Shown here one piece after another: positions 15,349 through 25,900 of a stretch of DNA of 64,000 nucleotides. The DNA is from Limisphaerales bacterium (GTDB lineage Bacteria; Verrucomicrobiota; Verrucomicrobiia; Limisphaerales; UBA11358), in the NCBI GenBank assembly GCA_003134375.1, contig PLAY01000176.1, forward strand, positions 48,254 to 112,253, written 5' to 3'. Positions within the stretch are counted from its first letter, which is position 1, and each line of letters starts with the position of its first letter. The notes beneath the pieces were generated by a model, which worked only from the letters and a program-made list of their open reading frames with translations, was not told the origin of the DNA and did no database searches. Both the position numbers and the translations under genes were made by a program.

Positions 15349-16820
15349 AACTCGATTACGTTCCACTCCACTTCTTTCCCCTTTCGGCATTGTCCAAACC
15401 GTTGCGGGCCATTTTGCTTGGGTATGGAGTTCTATTGTTAATCATCGTCCTCCGCCTGCTATCCGGCGCACGCGAACGCAACCGGCACGTCGCGCAACTC
15501 GCCGGCCTCACTTGGAAACGCAACCAGTTTTGTCGCGGCTGGCTCATCACCGGCGACACCGGCTCCGGTAAAACATCTTCCGGCATCAATCAACTGGCCC
15601 ATCAGGTGTTTCAAAATGAATCCAAATGGGGCGGCCTGTGCATTGACGAAAAAGGCGTTTATTGGGAAACGCTCTCGGCAATGGCGCGATTCTACGAGCG
15701 GGAGCAGGATTTGATTCATCTGCAAATCCGCACCGACGACAAGGATGCACAATGGACGCCGCCCTACCGGTTCAACCTCACCGGCGACCGGAGCATCCCG
15801 TATTCCACCTACGCCAAATTCGTCGTGGACACGGCCACCAGCCTTGGCCAGGGCGGTGACAAGGGGTTTTTCAAGACCCAGGCGCAGACCCATATCGCCC
15901 ACGCCCTCGAATTCCTTTCCGAATTGAACCAGCCAGTCACCCTGTCCGGCGCGTTCGCGCTGCTGTCCAATAAAGGATTGCTGACCACGGAATTGGAAAA
16001 TCTGAACGCCCTGACGCTGGAAACGCCACGCCGGAGAGTGGTTTATGATCATTTCATCCATCGCTTTCTCAACCAGCCCGAAGAACAGCTTGGCGGCGTC
16101 CGTGAAACCATCGGCAATTACCTTCAATACTTCCTGACACCCGAAGTAGCCGAGGTTTTCTGCGCGGCCAAAAGCACGTTTGGCTTCCCGGTGATTGACA
16201 CGGGCAAAATCATCCTCGTGACCATGCCGCAGAAATTTCAGACCGAGCGGCGTTATGTCAACACGTTCCTGAAATTGCTTTATTATCATCACGCGCTGCG
16301 GCGTTTCGACCAGGCGAAAACCCAACGGGGTGAAAATAATTTGCTCATCCTATGGGCGGACGAGGCGCAGCGGTTTATGACCGCCAGCGAGGACGGCATG
16401 AGCGATTACAATTGCGTGGACGTGATCCGCGAAGCGGGCGCAACCATCGTCGCCGCTGCCCAATCCACCACATCGCTGATTCCACCTTTGGGAACCGACA
16501 AGTCCAGAGTGCTCACCTTGAATCTCCGCAACCGGATGATTTTCCGCGCCGCCGATGAAGCCGACGCGGTTCAAGCCGCCGATTTTCTTGGCAAGAAACA
16601 AGTCGTGAAACGGTCATGGGGGTCAAGTGCAGGCAGGCGCAGCGTTAATTACTCCGAGACCGACGAACACAAAATCAAACCGCACAAGCTCCGCAATCTC
16701 CGCGACCATGAGTGTGTGCTCGTCCATTGCGAGCAGGGTTTTCGCCGGACGGTGCTGCCGCCGTTGGAATTCGACGGGACGGTTGCCAAGTGGTTTCCGT
16801 GGTGGAAAAAATTATTCTGA
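15345..16820 (+). CDS. virD4: Type IV coupling protein (VirD4/TraG/TraD family)
   Basis: N-terminal TM helix, Walker A GDTGSGKTSSG, and 491 aa located in the Dtr module. Confidence 0.8.
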   Translation: MKLDYVPLHFFPLSALSKPLRAILLGYGVLLLIIVLRLLSGARERNRHVAQLAGLTWKRNQFCRGWLITGDTGSGKTSSGINQLAHQVFQNESKWGGLCIDEKGVYWETLSAMARFYEREQDLIHLQIRTDDKDAQWTPPYRFNLTGDRSIPYSTYAKFVVDTATSLGQGGDKGFFKTQAQTHIAHALEFLSELNQPVTLSGAFALLSNKGLLTTELENLNALTLETPRRRVVYDHFIHRFLNQPEEQLGGVRETIGNYLQYFLTPEVAEVFCAAKSTFGFPVIDTGKIILVTMPQKFQTERRYVNTFLKLLYYHHALRRFDQAKTQRGENNLLILWADEAQRFMTASEDGMSDYNCVDVIREAGATIVAAAQSTTSLIPPLGTDKSRVLTLNLRNRMIFRAADEADAVQAADFLGKKQVVKRSWGSSAGRRSVNYSETDEHKIKPHKLRNLRDHECVLVHCEQGFRRTVLPPLEFDGTVAKWFPWWKKLF

Positions 16821-16852
16821 ACCGACTGACTAAATCCGAAATACGAAAGGCC

Positions 16853-17170
16853 ATGAAAACGCAAAAGGAAATTCTCAAATGGTTGCAAGCCAATCTTGAC
16901 AGACGTTGCACTGCCCCGCTCACCAGCACTGATTGCTATGCGCTTGTAACCAGCGTCAACCTCTGCAACCTCATCGGTCATTCATCTGCACCGCCAGAGC
17001 TTTTCGTTGCCTATGGTGCCATCGTCCGACAAATGCAGCCGCACACGCGGGGATTGGCGTATCACGCTATCGCTTGTGAATTGGACTGGCCGCACCGTGA
17101 CATGATTTGGGAGTTGGCCGGGCTTCCGGCTGACAACAAACCCAAATACAAATGTGCATTTGAACACTAA
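16853..17170 (+). CDS. Hypothetical protein
   Basis: ATG at 16853 preceded by GAAAGG. 105 aa with no recognisable motif. Confidence 0.45.
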   Translation: MKTQKEILKWLQANLDRRCTAPLTSTDCYALVTSVNLCNLIGHSSAPPELFVAYGAIVRQMQPHTRGLAYHAIACELDWPHRDMIWELAGLPADNKPKYKCAFEH

Positions 17171-17236
17171 AACAAATTACGCCACCGATAATGGCCGTCT
17201 CGCGTCACCGCCAAACGAAAATTCCGGCGGCGCAAA

Positions 17237-17506
17237 TTATTTTTGCGCTGCTTTGACCTTTGCCCAACGAGCTTTGGCCGCAGCAGAAATCCTGGCTCTG
17301 CCTGCCGCGCTCATTTTGCGCCTTTTCTTCGGAGCAGCGGTGGCCACAGGTTTGGTTGAAGAACCCAAAATCTGCTCAAGCTCTTTTTCAAGTGATTGGA
17401 TTTTGTCTTTGATGTCGGCAGCACGACGTAGTTGTTGGGCTGACAGGCTGGCAATGGATGCACTCATGCCGTCAGTTAGAAACTTTTGGCCTAAAAAGTC
17501 AACCAT
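17237..17506 (-). CDS. Small coiled-coil protein with basic tail (possible DNA-binding)
   Basis: SLSAQQLRRAADIKDKIQSLEKELEQIL followed by KKRRKMSAAGRARISAAAKARWAKVKAAQK. The true start may be the internal ATG at 17467. Confidence 0.5.
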   Translation of the reverse strand: MVDFLGQKFLTDGMSASIASLSAQQLRRAADIKDKIQSLEKELEQILGSSTKPVATAAPKKRRKMSAAGRARISAAAKARWAKVKAAQK

Positions 17507-17850
17507 CGGTTGCCGGAGTCCATTTCTGTTGAGTCTTGATCCTGATGCAAAATTCGTGTTCCAGAGTGGCGGAGAATTCTGGAATCGGCATAGCCGCCAG
17601 CACTGACGGCAAAAAATCTTAAACTATTTTTCGCCCTGCAAACATTGAATGAAAATGGCGTCGAAGTTGAAAACCAGCCAAGTCGCCCCGCGTAAAATCA
17701 GTGTGCTTTTGTGTCAAGTATCGGCGGCGACGATGATTTCATTCAATGTTTTCAATGGTTCGATTGACAAATTCGCAGTTCTGCAAAAGTGCGCCTGATA
17801 AAATAGTGGTGTCGTTGAATGAATCAGCGACGCAACCAAGAAAGCAAATT

Positions 17851-18078
17851 ATGGAAACAACTGAAATGACGGACACACTCAAAAGCATCAACACCACTCC
17901 GCACCTTTGCCGGAGCAAGGTGAAACAAACCGCGCTGGAAATTGCCGCCGCGATCCGGCCAGCCAATAAATTCAACCGGGTTGGCATGAGCTTCGTTGAA
18001 CGCATCGAGGCCAAAGTCCGCGCCGCCATCCGCGAGGAAGTCAGGATTCATCCCAGCAGGGGCAAGACCCTTTTGTAA
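17851..18078 (+). CDS. Small hypothetical protein
   Basis: 75-aa ORF starting at METTEMTD. No recognisable motif. Confidence 0.4.
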   Translation: METTEMTDTLKSINTTPHLCRSKVKQTALEIAAAIRPANKFNRVGMSFVERIEAKVRAAIREEVRIHPSRGKTLL

Positions 18079-18185
18079 CCGACAGTGAAACGAATGAACA
18101 GTTGCTGGCCCGTTGGCATGTAAAGGCAAATGAGAGAAAAGTCGCTAAAATAGCAAACAACATCATTTCACGCACAAATCGAAAT

Positions 18186-18452
18186 TCACTTTGCCAAATC
18201 ATCTGCCACGGCCTTGAAAGATTGTTCAGCCTGTTTAATCAATGGCCAAAGGTCAATTTCCATCGCGTCGGCGATGCGCAGCAACGTGTCAAATGAGGGG
18301 CGACACAGTTCATGTTCCACGCGGCTAATCATTGAATGAGACATTCGAGCACGTTTGGCAACCACATACATTGAAAGTTTTTTTGCCACCCGCTTTTTAC
18401 GCAGCAGATGAACCACAGACGAACCAATGACATCAGGCTTTGATTTGGCCAC
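18186..18452 (-). CDS. XRE-family HTH transcriptional regulator
   Basis: LLRKKRVAKKLSMYVVAKRARMSHSMISRVEHE is an HTH_3-like pattern. GTG start. Confidence 0.8.
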   Translation of the reverse strand: MAKSKPDVIGSSVVHLLRKKRVAKKLSMYVVAKRARMSHSMISRVEHELCRPSFDTLLRIADAMEIDLWPLIKQAEQSFKAVADDLAK

Positions 18453-18477
18453 ATCATAGCAATAGCGTAAAAAGGGA

Positions 18478-18507
18478 TTGACAAGTTATGTGCTTATACG
18501 CACATAA
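18478..18507 (+). promoter_or_regulatory. Sigma70-like -35 (TTGACA) with overlapping perfect palindrome TTATGTGC-N6-GCACATAA (operator candidate)
   Basis: TTGACA at 18478-18483. The palindrome spans 18486-18507 and covers the expected -10 region (cacataat). It lies between the divergent XRE and receiver genes. Confidence 0.55.
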
Positions 18508-18519
18508 TCGTCAAAATCT

Positions 18520-18936
18520 GTGGCGCACATGGCAAAAATTCTTGTGATCGAAGACGAAATGCCGCTGGCAATGATGATGGTGTTTTTGTTGTCGCGCGTA
18601 GGCTATGACGTGACGACCGCCAACAACGGCCAGAAAGGGATGGAACTGGCGACCACGCGGAAATTCGACCTCATCACGCTGGACGTGGACTTGCCAGGCA
18701 TCAATGGGTTTGAAGTCTGCCGCGAACTTAAACAGCGGTGGATTTCCCATCGGACGCCGATAATTTTCCTTTCCGGGAACGCGATTGAAGAACGGCGGGC
18801 AATGGCGTTTGAATTTGGCGCGGTAGATTTTATCGGCAAGCCGTTTCTGGTGGAGGATTTTCTGGAGCGCATCGCGTCCTATATTTCACCGGCACAGCCG
18901 AGCGTGACGGCCACGGCAACAGGCGAGCCGGTATGA
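18520..18936 (+). CDS. Stand-alone response-regulator receiver (CheY-like) protein
   Basis: ILVIEDE...DLITLDVDLPGINGFEVC...PIIFLSG...KPF is the canonical REC pattern. There is no output domain. Confidence 0.85.
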   Translation: MAHMAKILVIEDEMPLAMMMVFLLSRVGYDVTTANNGQKGMELATTRKFDLITLDVDLPGINGFEVCRELKQRWISHRTPIIFLSGNAIEERRAMAFEFGAVDFIGKPFLVEDFLERIASYISPAQPSVTATATGEPV

Positions 18937-18986
18937 AAACACTTGTGCCATTCAGGAGGTGTTCCGCGATTTCAAAATCCTCAAAA

Positions 18987-19211
18987 TCAGATGTCCCAAG
19001 CGAGGTCGCGCACCCGGCACTTGAGGGCCTTCGCAAGTTTGGCAAGCGTTTCGAGAGTTATCTTCTTTTCCGCCCGTTCAATGTCGCCAATATAATTCCG
19101 CGTCAAATCGGCCTTTTCCGCCAGTTGCTCCTGACTCAAACGGAATTTCTTCCGCTTGGCGCGGACGGTTTCCCCCAAAACGCGATAAATTCTGCGCGAC
19201 GATGCTTGCAC
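18987..19211 (-). CDS. XRE-family HTH transcriptional regulator
   Basis: RLSQEQLAEKADLTRNYIGDIERAEKKITLETLAKLAKAL. Confidence 0.85.
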   Translation of the reverse strand: MQASSRRIYRVLGETVRAKRKKFRLSQEQLAEKADLTRNYIGDIERAEKKITLETLAKLAKALKCRVRDLAWDI

Positions 19212-19245
19212 AAACTAGCATCAAAGCAGAACAGCGAAATGATTC

Positions 19246-19264
19246 TACCAACTACCAGTTGGTA
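19246..19264. promoter_or_regulatory. Perfect palindrome TACCAACT-ACC-AGTTGGTA upstream of the XRE gene (operator candidate)
   Basis: Read directly. Located 35 nt upstream of the start codon at 19211. Confidence 0.45.
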
Positions 19265-19546
19265 TTATTTCAAAAATTTGCCTTGCCAATGCCGGGGAGC
19301 TTTGCCAGATATTTGTATGCGGGAGCCTAAATTAGTTTATCAAATAAACGATGTTAGCTTTGGCGAAAAGAGGTTTTTTGCCGAAAGTGAAGGCACATTT
19401 TGCCGACTGGCAAGGAGTCCTGTCCAGTCCTTGAAAATTCCACAGGGCGTTTTTTTCCGCCAGCCCCCAGAGAAACATAAAAGGTTCACCATTTTGTCAC
19501 AGGACTGCCACCCATCAAATTTAGGAATCATCAACACTAACCGAAA

Positions 19547-19966
19547 ATGAAAACCATAAGAAGACACTGGACTGCATTGACTGGAACTGCCGGCTGCGGG
19601 TTGCTCATTGTTGCCACCGCGCTGACCGTCTGGTCTCAAACCGCCCCCGTCTTGACGGTGGCCCCGACCGGCACGAACCAGCTTTTAATTACCATTACCA
19701 ATGGCGTCAGCGCAACCACCTATGACATCTACACGACGCCTGTTTTGGGCAACAGCGTGACTTATCCGTGGAAGGCGGCGGTGATTGGCACCAACGGCCA
19801 GACCAATTTCACGTTGAACATCGGGCCATATCAGGCGGGATTTTTTCGAGCGGTGGTGGATACAAACTCAGTGCCACTTTGGGAAGCTGCCGATCCGAAT
19901 AATCCAAGCGCAGGCATTCTGTCAGTGTTCATAGACAGTCCAGCCAACGGAGCGGTGCTGCAATAA
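19547..19966 (+). CDS. Secreted beta-rich protein upstream of the Rhs gene
   Basis: Signal-peptide-like N-terminus (GCGLLIVATALTVWSQT) and an Ig/FN3-like composition. Confidence 0.6.
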   Translation: MKTIRRHWTALTGTAGCGLLIVATALTVWSQTAPVLTVAPTGTNQLLITITNGVSATTYDIYTTPVLGNSVTYPWKAAVIGTNGQTNFTLNIGPYQAGFFRAVVDTNSVPLWEAADPNNPSAGILSVFIDSPANGAVLQ

Positions 19967-19993
19967 ATCAGAAAACTTCAAATTTTAATCGCC

Positions 19994-22900
19994 ATGAATT
20001 CACACTTGAAATTTACCAAGAAAAGTCTGTGGAAAATTGCCACGACTCTTTCGCTTCTTACTATCTGCATTAACTCTGCATTTGCAACGGCGGAGCAAAC
20101 CTACCTGACGGCTTCCAGTTACACGGCGACATCTGGTGGCGGTTCTATTTCCGGTTCGGCAACCGTCGCTTCCGACAGTTCATCAAGTTGCTCCTCGTTT
20201 GATACGACGTGGGAAAATCATTTCAGCAGTTCTCAAGTTTGGTGTCTAAATCTTAACGGGACAGGCACGCATCCGATTACGTCAAGCGATGTGAATTTTG
20301 GTGTAAATATAGCCTGTCCTAACCCAAATGTTGTGACCTTTCCGGCGAGCGGCGGCACGGAAACTGAAGGTTTCAGTATCAGTTGCACAAACGCGGCATT
20401 AGACTACGATAAAACTGGGACATTATCAATCAATTCGGACTGCACAGCATTGACTTCAGGACACGCATCAGCTTCGGTGACCATCTACAACATGGGTTCA
20501 GTCATGAACGCGGTGTTCGTTTCTGGCGGTGCGAATTATTCAAATTGGATAATGACCAAGGGTGATGGGAATCAAAGCGTCACCTTTCGCATTGTTCGCG
20601 GCGATACGGTGAACGCGAGGACAGTTACTTACACGGTGAGCGGCACTGCGGTCAATGGCACAGACTATACCGTTTCCCCTTCGTTGAGCGGTTCAGTCAC
20701 GATTAACGCCGGCAGTTCAAACGCAGATTTCACCATTTCGATTTCGGGAGCTTCGAGCCTTGTGAGTCCCAAGACACTGACCATAACGCTGCAATCGGGA
20801 TATTATCAAATCGGCAACGCCAGTGCCACCTTGACGATAGTGCAGGATGTGCCGGTAATCAGCGTGGCCGCTCCCGGTCAATATGACTCGCAAAACGGAT
20901 TATACGCCGGGCAATTTACCCTCACCCGCAGCGGAGAATTGACCAATTCTGTTACGGCAAATCTCTCTGTCGGCGGCACGGCTGTGGCTGGCAGCGATTA
21001 TATTCCACTGCCAACGTCGGTCACATTTGCGGCCAACCAAACCAGCACCAATCTTTATGTTGTGACTACCAATGCAAATTTGACCTATGCCAAGACCATT
21101 GTCTTATCGCTTAATAACAGCAGTTCATACTTTCAAGGGCTGACAACTAATGCCACCGTCACCATCCTGCCGAATGGTTCGACAACAAATTCGGTTCCAT
21201 CACCAACGGGAATGTATTGGCGTGGCAGCGGCAGCGACCCGACCTACTGGTCGCAAGTGATCCCCTTGGAATATGAAACGGGAACCGTGTATAGCAATTT
21301 GAACGGCAACTGTTCGGTCTTGTATCCCGGACTTTCATCATGGAGCAGCCAGACGCTTTACCATTACAACGCCACGAATTCATCGCCGCAGACCAACACG
21401 GCCAATCGAATTGCGTTTAACAATCCCATCGTCGCATTCGGCGAGCGCGTTGGTGGAACACCGCTGTATTACAGCCAGCCTTACTCTTTTGGTATCTACG
21501 CAGGCGACCCGATCCCGTCGAATCAGCCGGTGGTAATTCAGGCGTATTACCGCACTAATTTCCAACTGGCTGGCACAGTCAGTCTTTATCCACCCACGCT
21601 TTCCAATACAAATTTGTGGAATACCTACATGACAAATGGCTTTCAACTTATCACCAACGCCTATGGGTTGACGACCATTCTGGCCGGTATTCCCAACCTG
21701 TATTGGGGGGAAAATTCGAGGGGCGCGTTTATGCTGACGCACACCGCCAGCACCCAAGCCACTAATTATTTTTATGTCGTTGGCGTTGCCGGAAATCCCG
21801 CCGACATCAGCAACCCGATGGTGATAAATGCCAGTGGGCAGATGACAAATTCACTGCTTTACTCGTTGGAATTTGAGCAGCGACCGCCGTGGCGTTCGGC
21901 ATTTCTCGACCAGCCGCATTTTAACGGCAGTCCGTTGCCGCCATTCTACGCGGGCGACACTCTATCCGAAATGTTGACCAACACTCCGTCAGTGACCAAC
22001 GCAGTCAGTTTTTCGCTATCTACCGCGACTAATTTGGACAACAGCCCCGAACTGCGGCGACATCCGGTTTTGGACAACTTCGTTGCCAGCATGGGCAACG
22101 ATCCGATTGCACTGGCCAACTACGTCATCAATCAAATTGGCCTGACTGATCCGATGGATGTTAACGACAACGGAAATGTCGCGGAAAATTCTATAAATCC
22201 ACCGGGCGTAACGCGCGGCGCGTTGGGAACATTCTTGGAAAAGCAGGGTTCTCCCATTGAGCAATGCGCGCTGCTAGTTTATCTGCTACGTCAGGCAGGC
22301 GTGCCTGCGGTTTATGAATTTGCTCCGCACAACGGTATGCAAATTTTGGATGCCCGCTTGAGCCAGATGCTCAAATTTCAAGTGCATGGCGACATTAACG
22401 AAGCAGGGCAGCTTTACACCACCAACACGATGATTGCGGTAAATTATCCGTGGGTTGCCGCCTATATCGGAACGAATTGGGTGCATATTTTTCCGTGGAT
22501 GAAGGATTATCGAATCAATGAAGGGCTTAATTTGTTTGATGAAATGCCCACCAATTACAGCAACTCCTATGAATGGGTGCATGATTACATTTATGGCAAC
22601 ACCAACTTGATGTCGCTGGCCGTGGACAATGACAACACGATGCGGGTTATCTTCCCGCGATACTTGCAACAAACCCTTTTGCAAAATCATCCGGGCGTCT
22701 CCGTGGATGACATCGGCGTTAAAATCATCAACCGCCAGCATTACTACGCACGCTGGCAAGATTTTCCGACTCCGACCTGGGTGACCAATGTCAGCACGCC
22801 CATTGAAAATCTTTCTTCCAGCAGCATCACCAACATCAATCCGGCGTTGACCAATGTCTTCGACACGATGAGCGTCGAAATTTACAGCCTGAACGACCCG

Positions 22901-25900
22901 ACCAAAGACATCAAGACCGGCGATATGCGTCTGGTGGACTTGCACAACCGCGAATTTTACATCAACCAGTCCGTTGTCAGCGGCAATGTGCAGTTAAATC
23001 TCATCTTGATGCCTTTCCGCACCAACATTACCAGTCAATTTGCGTTCAGCAATGACACCAACCTATTGTCGAAAGAAGTGCTTACTTTGAATTTCGACTC
23101 GAATGACTACTCATTGGGAGTGCGCTTTAAGTATCACCGTCATCGCGCCATCACTCCATCCTATGCGATTGATCCGACCCTCACATTTCTAGGGCTGAAC
23201 GGCTATAACGAAATTGACATCGAACGTCCGCTTCGTGTCGGCGATCAAGCGGCAATCTGTTTGGATTACGGACAGGTGACGCGCGATATGCTCAATGTTC
23301 ACGCGGCGGATTTATGGCAGATGCAAAGCCTGTTGAACGCCAGCCCATCACAGGCAGGCAGTCAATCGCCTGATGTCTATGAAGGGGCATTGATGTATTT
23401 GGCTGGCATGTCTTATTACGAAAAGGTCAGCGAATTTGACCAGATGAACCAGCAATGGCAAAAATTTGACCAGCTTTCGGTTTTTGCAGCCGGTCTGTCA
23501 AAAATCGTTCCGGCGCGGGACAGCAGCGGCAATTTAAGCAATGGAACCGACCCCATCCTGCCATGTGTGGATATGTTCTTTTACGAAACGATGGTGGCGG
23601 GCAATGGCACGCTGCACCCGGATTCAGGACAGAACTACACCATGTCAGAATGGAATTACAACCTGTTCGGCATCGTGGATGGCTCCGCCGAGGAACACCA
23701 GGTCATCAACCGTTTTTATCAGCAGACTAACGCCGTTTCCACCATCCGGCTGTTGCAACTGGCGCAAAGCAGAGGCATGGGAATCGTGGCGTTGAACGTC
23801 TATAACTACGCTGCTCAAGGCACAACGAATTATCAGGGAAAGCAGTTGCAAAGTTGGGATTCAAGTATGTGGTCACAGGTTACAAGCGATTTGAAAAACT
23901 CCTCGACTTACGGTTATGTGACCGTCTTTATGACGCCGGGGCCGGTGACTAATTCCGCCTACAAGGGAATGGGGGCGTTGATTTTGAATCCGTATGACTA
24001 CGAGGCGTTGATTACTCCCAACAGCATGAATGGCGGGTTTGCCGGTCAGAATTTGCCAGCCAACACCGTGGAAGCCGCCAACACGCCCAACTACAATGTG
24101 AGTGACAACAACAATGATTATTCAGCCGCGTTGAACCAGCCAGCCAACAACACTACCACGGTGCCGGATGAAATCGCCAGTTACGATGCGCCGTCCGTGG
24201 CCAGTCAGGTCGGCAATGATGTGGTTGACCAGTTTACTACTGTTTGGGCAGCCGGTGTTTCACAGCAGCTTGGAACCACGGCAGGCACTTCGTCCTCGGC
24301 CTTGTCTGCGGACATTCTGGCGAGCGAGCAAACCGGCAGCTTGGGCACACCCAATGACCCGTCGCAGGCGGGCGCGCAGGTCGGAGACCCGGTGAACAAC
24401 ATTACGGGCGAATTTTATGTGAGCGAAACCGATTTGCAGTTGCCCGGCCCCATTCCGCTGGTGCTCCATCGCAATTATTCCAGCCAGAACATCGCGGACA
24501 ATCAGTTTGGCCGGGGTTGGAAGCTCAACATCATGCCTTACTTGAGCCTCAGCAAAAACAGCACCAACATCTATGCTGCCGACATGGATGGCGCGGTGCT
24601 GGCCTATGTCCACAGCACCAACGGCGCTACTACCAATATGTGGTTCCCCACGCAGGCCGCTAATCCGCAACTGCAAAACAATACCACTGCTGGCGCGGGC
24701 GGACTTGTCAACCGGCTGCGTGACTATATCCAGCGCTCCGTGAACGGTAGCATTACCAATTACACCCTCTATGGTGCTGATGGCAGCGTTCGAGTTTTCC
24801 AATACATGAAGTTCAACAGCGGCGCAGTTACCAATGCCAGACCATATCTGCTCCAATGGACGGATAACCGTGGCAATTATTACACGTTCACATACGATAC
24901 GAATTCGGCAGACGCTAATTTCGGCCAGATGCAGCGCATTCAGTGCAGCAACGGCAATTTCCTCGGCTTCGATTACGACGTTTACGGCCACATCATTGAC
25001 GCCTACACCGGCGATGGTCGCTGGATGTATTACTATTACGACGATTACGGCGATCTGGTGAGCGTCACCCTGCCGGATGGTTCAACGCGTTCTTATCAAT
25101 ACCAGCACGCTAATCAATCGGTGACAGGAGGCACGAACATCTATTCCACGCACCTGCTGATTGAAGAAGACAAGCCCGATGGCCGGGAACTGGTCAACGC
25201 CTATGATTCGCAACGGCGCGTCACCAACCAGTTGTCCACCGCCGGGCTGGACTTGAATCCCATCCGCACGGCGACGTTCACCTATTCCAATAATTATGTG
25301 TTCACGAATTCATGGACGAACACCATCTCTGGCTACACGCTCGTAGTTGACGGGAACAACCACACCAACCGTTACGATTACACTAACAATCTCATAACAC
25401 AAATCACCGACCCATTGGGGCAGACAATTCAACAAGTTTGGTTCACCACCAACACTAATGCGGTCGGTTACTATGCGCGCAGCGTGTCGCAGCGCACCGA
25501 CAAGCGTGGCCTTGTCAGTCAATATCAATACGATTCATACGGTAACGTCACGAATACCATTGTAACCGGCGACCTCACCGGGGACGGCATCACTTCTCAA
25601 ACGGCCACGAACACGGCCATTTACAGCACGAATTGTTTGCCGGTTCAAACAACCGACCCTGTTGGTAATAGCATGGTCACGGTCTATGACCCGACATTCA
25701 CGTTCATGCCGCAACAAGTTATTCGCTATGCGGGCGCAACGCCGGTCAGCACCGACTTCATGTTCTACGGCAATGCGACAAATGTTATAGTGAACGGCAA
25801 CATCACCCAAACAAACCGGGCATTTGGTGTCTTGACGCGCTTGGTTCGCGCTTATGGTTCAACCGACGCAGCCACCAATGATTTAGCTTATGATGGACAT

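Noticed and set aside
15459-16325. 288-aa ORF antisense to the coupling-protein gene
   Set aside because: This is a shadow frame of a well-supported VirD4-like CDS and has no motifs.
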